Virus record (IMG/VR): IMGVR_UViG_3300031787_000087 | DNA length: 64,000 nt | Strand: one strand, 5' to 3' | DNA from: an uncultured virus (IMG/VR IMGVR_UViG_3300031787_000087) | Taxonomy: Duplodnaviria; Heunggongvirae; Uroviricota; Caudoviricetes | Shown: piece by piece, positions 20,018-27,626 of the stretch | How the letters are laid out: the number at the start of each line of letters is the position of its first letter | How positions within the stretch are numbered: position 1 is the first letter of the stretch | Notes under the pieces: generated by a model | Told to the model about the DNA's origin: nothing | Seen by the model: the letters and a program-made list of their open reading frames with translations, nothing else | The model's database searches: none | Position numbers and translations under genes: made by a program

Positions 20018-20226
20018 CGGAACAATCCCCCTTTGTTGTTGATACCCTTGAGGTCATCAAGGTTTGTGATAAGCATGTAATTACTCTTGTGCATTGGCGC
20101 AATGGTGCGTACACGCGACCGCGCATCTTCCTCACCGCATAGCAGACAGATGGGGTAACCCGCCTTGGCACGCTTTGCAGAAAAGATGTCACCACACCGT
20201 GAACAGATAGGTCTGAGTTTAGACAT
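20014..20226 (-). CDS. Small zinc-finger protein
   Basis: CSRC...CLLC, PMHKSNY. Confidence 0.7.
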   Translation of the reverse strand: MSKLRPICSRCGDIFSAKRAKAGYPICLLCGEEDARSRVRTIAPMHKSNYMLITNLDDLKGINNKGGLFR

Positions 20227-20231
20227 AACTA

Positions 20232-20456
20232 TTACATAGTATGGAAGTTGATGTCCATCTCGCGGATGCGGTAGACATGATGCTCGTCGAGTTCATCATC
20301 TGCCTGTTGACAGAGACGCATCTCGTACTCGGCTGTGTCCTTGCTTGCGTAGGCTTCGATAGACTTGCCATCGACTACGAGCAGATACACCTTGGGAGTG
20401 ATGTTTATTACAGACAGCCCCTCAATGGCGGACTGATACGCTGACTTCATTTTCAT
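20232..20456 (-). CDS. Hypothetical protein
   Basis: Start MKMKSA with GGAG SD downstream of a strong promoter. Confidence 0.55.
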   Translation of the reverse strand: MKMKSAYQSAIEGLSVINITPKVYLLVVDGKSIEAYASKDTAEYEMRLCQQADDELDEHHVYRIREMDINFHTM

Positions 20457-20554
20457 ACACTTTCTCCAAAAAGATTTCATTACCCTGTGAAACGCTAGAT
20501 AGCATCTCACCCCGTTAGAGTCTGTTGAACAGTTCCAATCCCGACTCAGAATAC

Positions 20555-20583
20555 ATTGTATCATAACTTTACAATTAAGTCAA
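20555..20583 (-). promoter_or_regulatory. Strong sigma70-like early promoter
   Basis: TTGACT-17 nt-TACAAT. Confidence 0.8.
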
Positions 20584-20618
20584 CTACATATGTAACTTTT
20601 TTACATGAGAGGTTACCC

Positions 20619-20813
20619 CTAGTCCCCATGCTTTGAGATTGGCTCGAACTTCTCGGCAGTCCATGCATGGTCTACGCTCTCAGTCACGATGTAGCCTTGG
20701 CTCTTGGCTAACTCCTCAAGTGCGGGCAGACACACCATGTATGTTGCTTCTTCGTCAAACTGTGCAACCATGTGCGCACCCGCCTTCGCTTCGAAATAGA
20801 CTGTAACTTTCAT
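20619..20813 (-). CDS. Hypothetical protein
   Basis: MKVTVYFEAK..., follows upstream stop. Confidence 0.55.
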   Translation of the reverse strand: MKVTVYFEAKAGAHMVAQFDEEATYMVCLPALEELAKSQGYIVTESVDHAWTAEKFEPISKHGD

Positions 20814-20814
20814 T

Positions 20815-21108
20815 TCACAGCCCCCTGACATCGTTGTTGATGCAGTACTCCATGAACTCAGAGAAGTCTGAGAACTTGTTCTTGCGTGTCTCGTCGTGGA
20901 AGTCAGACTCTTGCAACGCGGGTAGTTCCGTCGCCTTGCGCATCATGTCCAAGACATTTAATACATCTTCCAATGACTCGCTACCGACAGACACATCGCT
21001 ATGCCCTTCGAGTTTGCCGTTCTCGTCGTAGAAGACTTCGCGTACACAGTACCAATCCTCACCGCAATTCTCAGACCTGAGATTCACAATTCGATAGTTC
21101 CAAAACAT
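20815..21108 (-). CDS. Conserved phage protein (WNYRI...EVFYD motif)
   Basis: AAGGAG SD, start MFWNYRIV. Confidence 0.7.
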   Translation of the reverse strand: MFWNYRIVNLRSENCGEDWYCVREVFYDENGKLEGHSDVSVGSESLEDVLNVLDMMRKATELPALQESDFHDETRKNKFSDFSEFMEYCINNDVRGL

Positions 21109-21118
21109 ATTTATCTCC

Positions 21119-21283
21119 TTATGCATACCATTTGCTTATGTCGTGGTAAGCCTTTACCACATCTTCATATCCCAGTGCAGATAGCAGTTGACACAGAACA
21201 CCGTCTGCATCTGCGTGCGCTACTTCTGTATCTTTGCTAAGTCTCAACTCAGCCAGTTCAGCAAGTGCTTCTTCTCTTGTCAT
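21119..21283 (-). CDS. Small protein (54 aa), not in ORF track
   Basis: MTREEALAELAEL...ADGVLCQLL.ALGY.DVV.AY..I.KWYA, AAGGA SD. Confidence 0.6.
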   Translation of the reverse strand: MTREEALAELAELRLSKDTEVAHADADGVLCQLLSALGYEDVVKAYHDISKWYA

Positions 21284-21354
21284 ATTGATTCCTTTGAAGT
21301 TGAATAGCGTTTCACGGTGTCATGAAACGCCATTTGTATTGTTGATTGTTTAGA

Positions 21355-21696
21355 TTAAAGTGTGTTGTAGCCAGTGCAGAACTCGTAGAGTTCCACCTCG
21401 TTCTCAGGCTCGAATACAGTTAAACCCTCGAACTCGTTGTCAATGTCGTTGAACTCGTCATAGCCGTAATCTCTTGCTAAGAACTCTAAGTTCTGATTGT
21501 GATAGTCATCTGTGCGAAAGTCTGTGCGCAGATAGTGGTCAACGCCCTGATGCGTATTGCATACTGCCTTCGGGGTTGTAACGCGCAATGCTTTGCGCAT
21601 TGGGCGGGGCAGATAGTGATATGGTCGTTCGAGGACTTTTGGTTGTCTTACTACGACCCGTGTTGTGTTGATGTTATAGACGAAAGATGCTTTCAT
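21355..21696 (-). CDS. Hypothetical early protein with acidic C-terminus
   Basis: Start MKASFV with GGAG SD downstream of promoter. Confidence 0.6.
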   Translation of the reverse strand: MKASFVYNINTTRVVVRQPKVLERPYHYLPRPMRKALRVTTPKAVCNTHQGVDHYLRTDFRTDDYHNQNLEFLARDYGYDEFNDIDNEFEGLTVFEPENEVELYEFCTGYNTL

Positions 21697-21779
21697 TACG
21701 CTCTCCATTGATTGAAATTTCATGACCCCGTGAAATGTTATTTAGCGGGTGAGTCAGGCTACCTCCCGACTCAATTCAG

Positions 21780-21808
21780 ATTTTAACACAGTTACTTCTT
21801 TAAAGCAA
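21780..21808 (-). promoter_or_regulatory. Sigma70-like early promoter
   Basis: TTGCTT-17 nt-TAAAAT. Confidence 0.7.
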
Positions 21809-21889
21809 GTCTTTATACAACTATTTTATATCGCTCTGGTGGGTGTGATTACGTTTTTGAAAACGCGTTTTTTAGTTATTTGTAAAGTG

Positions 21890-22400
21890 GTGTTGGAACT
21901 TTGGAACTGGGTTGGAATCACAAAAAAGAGGGGTAAGTATAGTTAAAGTACTAGTAGTAGTAGTAGTATATATAATATATTTATATAATAGTATTATAGT
22001 TTTGTGAGTGAGTACTACATGATTCCAAAGTTCCAAAATTCCAAGAGTTTTGCGTTATGGCTGGCAGTTACCTATCTGCTTAATAAATGGGCAATGTATT
22101 GTTTGTTTAGCACAATGCTTACACTCGCAGGCGATGATGAACGAACGAGATGATGCTCCAAAGTCCGTTGTCCTCAAAAAAAACTGGAATTTTGGAATAT
22201 CCACAGGTTATCCACATTTAGCCGCGTGTAAGTCGTTGATTTCATTAGGTATTTAAAAGTTATCCACGGTTCCAATTTGGTTTTTCAGGTTGGAATTTTG
22301 TTGGAACATTGTTCCGACAAATTGGAACGACTTTGCTCAGTTCCAAAATTCCAGTCCGATTCCAACCCGCTTGGAACTGAGTTGGAATTTTGGAACAAAT
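21890..22400. repeat. Origin-like non-coding region: TTGGAA/TTCCAA hexamer field around an AT-rich (TAG)n/TA core
   Basis: About 15 or more hexamer copies in both orientations; AT-rich core at ~21940-22002. Confidence 0.7.
22197..22268. promoter_or_regulatory. DnaA-box cluster with IHF consensus site
   Basis: ATATCCACA 22197-22205, perfect TTATCCACA 22208-22216, TTATCCACG 22260-22268; AATCAACGACTTA (WATCAAN4TTR) on minus strand 22229-22241. Confidence 0.6.
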
Positions 22401-22513
22401 TTCATGACCCCGTGAAACGCTATTTAAGACGCTTGCCCACGCTCGCGCAGGGACATATAACTGGTCTCAGGGGCAAACAAAAAAGCCCAACCAACCTTGC
22501 GGTCGGCTGGGCT
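22400..22513. repeat. Intergenic module copy 1 (palindromic box + 26-bp conserved block + terminator)
   Basis: TTTCATGACCCCGTGAAA; GACATATAACTGGTCTCAGGGGCAAA 22452-22477; minus-strand hairpin with T-tract 22478-22513. Confidence 0.85.
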
Positions 22514-22527
22514 AGGCTAATCAAGTA

Positions 22528-23142
22528 TTACTTGATTGATTTCAGGAAGGCATCTATTGCCACCCTTGTCTTAACTTCGTCGGCTGTTGTGTCACCCCTA
22601 GCCTTCGCGTTCTTACATCTAGTTTTAATTGTATCCATAACTTTTCCAACATAAGTTGCGAAGTCATCAGTAGTTCCTCTCTCCCTTGTCTCAGGGTTGA
22701 GGTCACGGATAGCCTTGAGCAAAGCCTTCATCTTGTTGAATGCATACTTGTTGAATGGCGTTCTTACGTTACCAATCACGCCATGCTTAATAGGCTCGGC
22801 TTGTCGTAGTTGCCCAAATTGTTGTTGCGAGAACGACAAGGCATAGGCAAGGGTTACTTCGTTGCCACCCTTGGCATCGGGTATCCATTCCGTGTTGTAA
22901 CGCTTGGCTGGGTTTAGTTCTTGCCAACGAAGCGCCCAACCTTCCGTTAGTTGCGCTTTCACTTCCGCAGGGACATCTTCTAAGATGTTAGGGCAAGCAT
23001 CTAGGACATACTTGGCAACAAGGCTAAGATGTTCAACGGCTAATGCCGACTGGTAACCCGCGTTCTTGAGGTTATCGATAGAGAGAAATGTAACTTGCGT
23101 TACGCTAGGGGTAGCGGATGCTACGAGGGTTTTTGCTTTCAT
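22528..23142 (-). CDS. Early protein, paralog A
   Basis: GGAG SD; shares SFSQQ.FGQL, TRERG.T..F, NA..RGD.TA with 23344-24021. Confidence 0.8.
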   Translation of the reverse strand: MKAKTLVASATPSVTQVTFLSIDNLKNAGYQSALAVEHLSLVAKYVLDACPNILEDVPAEVKAQLTEGWALRWQELNPAKRYNTEWIPDAKGGNEVTLAYALSFSQQQFGQLRQAEPIKHGVIGNVRTPFNKYAFNKMKALLKAIRDLNPETRERGTTDDFATYVGKVMDTIKTRCKNAKARGDTTADEVKTRVAIDAFLKSIK

Positions 23143-23225
23143 GGTTTCTCCGTTAAAAGCGTTTATGCGACTGACAACCGTCAACCGCTAGATGTTTATT
23201 AGCACAACCTAGCGGAAACCACAAA

Positions 23226-23335
23226 TTTCACGACCCCGTGAAACGCTAAATAGCGCACACGCATACACGCGCAACGACATATAACTGGTCTCAGGGGCAA
23301 AACAAAAACCCCGCAAACCTTTCGGTCTGCAGGGT
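23226..23335. repeat. Intergenic module copy 2
   Basis: TTTCACGACCCCGTGAAA; identical 26-bp block 23276-23301; minus-strand hairpin with T-tract. Confidence 0.85.
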
Positions 23336-23343
23336 CAGGCTAA

Positions 23344-24021
23344 TTACTTAGCGTTGTAAGCTTTCCAGAACGCGTCTCTTGCTGTTCTGAACTTAGCGGG
23401 GTTCGCTGTATCGTCTCCACGATTCTCAGCGTTCTTGACTCGCTTGTCATAGTCAGCAAACATTTCAGTCACAGACTCAGTAAAGGCTTTTGTTGCACCG
23501 CGTTCGCGGGTCTTACCTTCATTCAGTAGGTTGTTAGCTGACCGCCTGAGTGCTGACAAGTTGTTTGACGCATACTTGCTGAACTTGTCGCGCATTATTT
23601 TGACTAGTCCATGTAGCTGTGGGTCTTTGTTTTTCAGTTGACCAAACTCTTGCTGACTGAATGAGTAGCAGTAGTGGAGACTGAGTGTCGTTGACCCTTT
23701 CGGATATTCGGCTTGACCATCAAGCGAGTTACCCGCTTTGATGAGCACACCGCTTTCACCGCGAGTGAAGTAGTCCTGACCCCACAGTTCATGTGCGCGA
23801 GTCATAAAACCCGCAAACAAATCCGCTTTGAGTTCAGCGCTTGTCTCAGCGGGAAACTCAGGGGCAGAGTCCATAATGAACCGAGCGAGTCCAGTAGCAG
23901 TTTCACCAATACGAGCGAAGCGGTAAGCCGCGTCTTTAATGCTGGATGGTGGTGTAAAGGTATCCGCGATAGCTTTGTTGATTGTGGTCATATCGACAGA
24001 AGCTGTAGCTTTAGCTTTCAT
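23344..24021 (-). CDS. Early protein, paralog B
   Basis: GGAG SD; clear similarity to paralog A. Confidence 0.8.
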   Translation of the reverse strand: MKAKATASVDMTTINKAIADTFTPPSSIKDAAYRFARIGETATGLARFIMDSAPEFPAETSAELKADLFAGFMTRAHELWGQDYFTRGESGVLIKAGNSLDGQAEYPKGSTTLSLHYCYSFSQQEFGQLKNKDPQLHGLVKIMRDKFSKYASNNLSALRRSANNLLNEGKTRERGATKAFTESVTEMFADYDKRVKNAENRGDDTANPAKFRTARDAFWKAYNAK

Positions 24022-24121
24022 GTTTAACTCCAAGAAAAACGCGGTGTGACTGACACCGCAAACAGTACCGAACTGAACTGTCCGATAGTTATATATAGCT
24101 GACTCTGAAAAAAGTTTCCAG

Positions 24122-24231
24122 TTTCCTTACCCCGTGAAACTCTATATAGCTCGCACGCATAGACGCACGCGACGACAAATAACTGGTATCAAAAACTCGA
24201 GGCGCAAAAAAAGGGAGCCGAGGCTCCCTTT
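24122..24231. repeat. Intergenic module copy 3 (degenerate) including terminator 24206-24231
   Basis: TTTCCTTACCCCGTGAAA; GACAAATAACTGGTATCA; AAAGGGAGC-CGAG-GCTCCCTTT. Confidence 0.75.
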
Positions 24232-24234
24232 GTG

Positions 24235-24699
24235 TTACTCACATACAAACTTGTATGTCGGCACTTCTTTCACTTCCATGCCTGTCATGATCTTCTTGCA
24301 TGTCGGACTGTCTTCTTTGACATAGGCTGTTATGCACAAATTTACATCGTCTGTATTGATGTAATACTCTTTGTGGTCGTATTGAGCATAGTCTTTTTCT
24401 CTAACAGAATCACTGATTGTTTCCATTGCAGTGTTCAAGATGGAGAGCAAACGCTCGTCTTTGAAACTATCGAGTTCACGCATATACACATTAAAGTGGA
24501 TACGATCTCCAAACATGGAAACAAAGAGTTGATCATCTCTGGTGAAGTTAACAAACAGTGGGGCATACAGTGCGCGAATCAACATACGATCCTTGGTTAG
24601 TTGAGTTGCTTTCTGGTGGAAGGTGTTTGCATCTCGTTTGTAGGTTTTGATCTGATCGTTGATTGCAGTGATCAGTGGGTTTGCTTTGCGTGCTTTCAT
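24235..24699 (-). CDS. Early hypothetical protein
   Basis: 154 aa, GGAG SD, C-terminal S.TCKK..TG..V.EVP.YKFVC motif. Confidence 0.75.
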   Translation of the reverse strand: MKARKANPLITAINDQIKTYKRDANTFHQKATQLTKDRMLIRALYAPLFVNFTRDDQLFVSMFGDRIHFNVYMRELDSFKDERLLSILNTAMETISDSVREKDYAQYDHKEYYINTDDVNLCITAYVKEDSPTCKKIMTGMEVKEVPTYKFVCE

Positions 24700-24761
24700 T
24701 TGGATATCTCCAAGTAGTTGAACATGACTGCATCACTGCAGTTTCGTCTATTAAAGACTCA

Positions 24762-25049
24762 TCAGATGTTCTTATTCTTCAGTAGATAGTTGAGTGACAA
24801 GATACGTTTCTCTTCTTCTTGCGCTTCGTCATCTGCTGGTGTAGTAGGTCTGGCAATGATGCGGACACGCTTGCGATCGATAGCATCACGCGCTACTTCA
24901 CGCTCTACTTCTTGGTAGCAGTAGTTCATTGCTAACATCATGATCTGCCACGCTTCTGCTTTGTTTGTCATACTGTCTGCGGTATCAATCAGTTGCTCTG
25001 CAGTTGGTGTGATAAACATTTGGTTGTGCTTCAATGGGTTAATGAACAT
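24762..25049 (-). CDS. First early gene, hypothetical
   Basis: Start MFINPL with GGAG SD. Confidence 0.55.
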   Translation of the reverse strand: MFINPLKHNQMFITPTAEQLIDTADSMTNKAEAWQIMMLAMNYCYQEVEREVARDAIDRKRVRIIARPTTPADDEAQEEEKRILSLNYLLKNKNI

Positions 25050-25250
25050 AATCAATCTCCAATGTAATGCGACACAACATCGTGTCGTATTTATATATAG
25101 GCATAAATTGGGAGAGAATGCAATTTTTCCTGCCATGCCCGACCCCTATACCCCCAGCCCCCTCTTTTGGCGCTTGGGACTCCCGCACCTCTCTACTCTA
25201 AGATATGCACAAACAACACAGCAAAATCCCAAATCTTGCTATACTGAACC

Positions 25251-25308
25251 CGCAACGCAGTTGCATTTTGTCTCTCCTTCTTTAGGCCCCCCAGTGGGGT
25301 CTTTTTTT
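25251..25308 (+). ncRNA. Candidate ~58 nt anti-SD small RNA
   Basis: Extended -10 TGcTATACT at 25237-25245; GCAAC/GTTGC hairpin; unpaired ATTTTGTCTCTCCTTC; terminator AGGCCCC/GGGGTCT + T-tract. Confidence 0.6.
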
Positions 25309-25404
25309 CTGCCCTACTACTGTATATAGGTGTTTTCCCTAACACCCCCCGGGTAGGAGTCCCAAGTTTGTTTTGGGGGTATATATTTTTTGGTAGAGTT
25401 GGTT

Positions 25405-25504
25405 TGTTGGTGACACGTAGTACGGGTTAGCGCCGTATTTACTGGAATTGTGCAAATACCTAGTAAGTTGAACGCCACTGCTTTATGTGAACGTGTTGCC
25501 AACA
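25405..25504 (+). ncRNA. Candidate multi-stem structured RNA
   Basis: 14-bp closing stem with G-U pairs enclosing two hairpins. Confidence 0.55.
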
Positions 25505-25523
25505 CCTATTTTTCTGGTATAGT
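25496..25523 (+). promoter_or_regulatory. Candidate promoter of the packaging/structural operon
   Basis: TTGCCA-16 nt-TATAGT with extended TGn. Confidence 0.55.
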
Positions 25524-25555
25524 CGCGCCACCATAACTGGAGTGCCACTTCCTCC

Positions 25556-26125
25556 ATGCAAGAACTCGTTCCTGACATCGAAAGCGATGTCCCATTACCA
25601 GTCTCCGCGACAGAGGCTATGCCAGACCTGTCTCCAAAAGAAGAGTTGGAGATGCGGGCTAGGACGGTAAAGCTGATTTCTGACCTATCGGGTAAACCCG
25701 TAGAACCGGGTCAAGAACACAAGGATCAGGCTAAAGATATAGTACAAACCCTAATGTCTCAGCCCCAAAATGCTGTAAATTTAGCCCAATATCCCAACGA
25801 AACCGTTGCTTATTTGGCTGGAATGGTTGCCCAACACGACGTTATGGTCGTAAAAGAGCTGGCTGACCTTAAGAAATACGTAGTAAATAAGCTGGTTGCT
25901 GAGACCGAACACCCAGATGCCAAGATTCGACTAACAGCACTGCGTGCTTTAGGTGAAGTTGATGGCGTGGATGCATTCAAGAAGCGCTCTGAGGTCACCC
26001 ATAAGCAACAATCTATGGAAGAAGTCGAGAAAGAGCTGCTCGAGACCCTTGCTAAGTTGGAAAAACGCACGATTGACGTGGAAGTTATAGAAATCAAGCA
26101 TGAAAATAACGCCACAACAGATTGA
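25556..26125 (+). CDS. terS: Putative terminase small subunit
   Basis: Helical 189 aa protein directly upstream of and overlapping TerL; RL.AL..LG motif. Confidence 0.55.
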   Translation: MQELVPDIESDVPLPVSATEAMPDLSPKEELEMRARTVKLISDLSGKPVEPGQEHKDQAKDIVQTLMSQPQNAVNLAQYPNETVAYLAGMVAQHDVMVVKELADLKKYVVNKLVAETEHPDAKIRLTALRALGEVDGVDAFKKRSEVTHKQQSMEEVEKELLETLAKLEKRTIDVEVIEIKHENNATTD

Positions 26126-27617
26126 AAAGCTGAAAAGTCTGCTGCCCACGGCCTCGCCAGACGAAAAACGCAAGATTCTTGAGCTAATCAAGGTCTGGGA
26201 CAGCGAATCTGTCCAGATTGTAGGTAAAGATTCACTATTAGACTTCGCTGATCATGTATATCCCGGTTACAAAGTTGGTCCTCACCATCGTAGACTCGCT
26301 AAAATCTTTGAAGATATCGCCGCAGGAAAGAAAAAGCGTGTCATCGTTAATATTGCGCCTCGACACGGTAAATCTGAGCTCATTTCCTATCTTGCGCCAG
26401 CGTGGTTTCTGGGCAAATTCCCCCATAAGAAGGTCATTATGGCATCTCACACTGCTGATTTGGCAGTTAACTTTGGTCGCCGCGTTCGTAACCTTGTGGG
26501 TTCAGATTCGTATAAAGACATTTTTCCGCAGGTAGAACTGCAATCTGACTCTAAGTCAGCATCACGATGGGGGACTAACTTTAATGGTGAATACTTTGCT
26601 ATTGGTGTCGGAGGTGCTCTTGCTGGTCGCGGGGCTGACTTGTTTATTATTGATGATCCTCATTCGGAACAAGACGCTAAAACTGGGCGAGCAGATGTAT
26701 TTCTTCCTGCTTGGGAGTGGTTCCAGTCTGGTCCTATCCAGCGTCTTATGCCCGGTGGTGCGATCATTATCGTGATGACTAGATGGTCTAAATTAGACCT
26801 AACTGGACAAATACTGAGTCAGATGGAGCGCGAAGAGGACGTTGACCCTTGGGAAGTGGTTGAGTTCCCAGCCATCCTGAACGAGAAGCCCCTATGGGGC
26901 GACTTCTGGTCTATTGAGGAATTGCTGTCTAAAAAGGCTGGTATGGACGTGCGGTATTGGGAAGCCCAGTACATGCAGAACCCTGTATCAGAAGAGGGCG
27001 CACTAATAAAGAAGGAGTGGTGGCGCATCTGGGACAAAGAAGACGCTCCGCAGTGTGAGTTCATTATCATGAGTCTGGACGCAGCTCAAGAAGCCAACAC
27101 CCGTGCCGACTACAACGCCTTGACTACATGGGGGGTCTTCTATAACGAGGAAACCAACAACCACAGCATCATCTTACTCAATGCTATTAAGAAACGTATG
27201 GAGTACCCAGACCTCAAGAAGCTCGTTCTCGAGGAATATAAAGAGTGGGAGCCAGACGCGTTCATGGTCGAGAAGAAGTCCAACGGCTCTGTGCTTTACC
27301 AAGAGTTCAGACGCATGGGGATACCGGTGGGGGAGTTCACCCCGGGCAAAGGACAAGACAAGATAGCGCGTGTGAATGCAGTGTCGTCACTGTTTCAAGG
27401 TGGGATTGTTTATGCACCAGATCGTAGATGGGCTAAAGAAGTTATTGAGGAATGCAATGACTTCCCGTCCGGAGCTAACGATGACTTGGTGGACTCCACT
27501 ACCCTTGCGCTGTTAAGATTCAGGAATGGTGGGTTTATCCGTCTTGACACGGATGAACCAGAAGACATCACATGGTTTAAAGGTCGCCGCGCCAAAGAGC
27601 GGTTCTACACTGTCTAA
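26100..27617 (+). CDS. terL: Terminase large subunit
   Basis: APRHGKS Walker A, IIDDPH Walker B, MTRW, YMQNP, SLD, VEKK, NDDLVDS nuclease motifs. Confidence 0.96.
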   Translation: MKITPQQIEKLKSLLPTASPDEKRKILELIKVWDSESVQIVGKDSLLDFADHVYPGYKVGPHHRRLAKIFEDIAAGKKKRVIVNIAPRHGKSELISYLAPAWFLGKFPHKKVIMASHTADLAVNFGRRVRNLVGSDSYKDIFPQVELQSDSKSASRWGTNFNGEYFAIGVGGALAGRGADLFIIDDPHSEQDAKTGRADVFLPAWEWFQSGPIQRLMPGGAIIIVMTRWSKLDLTGQILSQMEREEDVDPWEVVEFPAILNEKPLWGDFWSIEELLSKKAGMDVRYWEAQYMQNPVSEEGALIKKEWWRIWDKEDAPQCEFIIMSLDAAQEANTRADYNALTTWGVFYNEETNNHSIILLNAIKKRMEYPDLKKLVLEEYKEWEPDAFMVEKKSNGSVLYQEFRRMGIPVGEFTPGKGQDKIARVNAVSSLFQGGIVYAPDRRWAKEVIEECNDFPSGANDDLVDSTTLALLRFRNGGFIRLDTDEPEDITWFKGRRAKERFYTV

Positions 27618-27626
27618 GGATTTAAT

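Noticed and set aside
21749..22654. Plus-strand ORFs across the origin-like region
   Set aside because: No SD, translation reflects the hexamer repeats, and they oppose local gene orientation
20475..24139. Palindromic box as CRP, FNR or parS site
   Set aside because: Half-site order is opposite to CRP, the sequence differs from FNR, and parS has no 6-bp spacer; no parAB present
22400..24231. CRISPR array or integron cassette array
   Set aside because: Repeats are ~0.8-0.9 kb apart around whole genes, there are no cas genes or tyrosine recombinase, and there is no attC GTTRRRY core; kept only as a repeat-delimited array
25405..25504. tRNA gene
   Set aside because: No T-loop TTCRA, D-loop or 7-bp acceptor geometry
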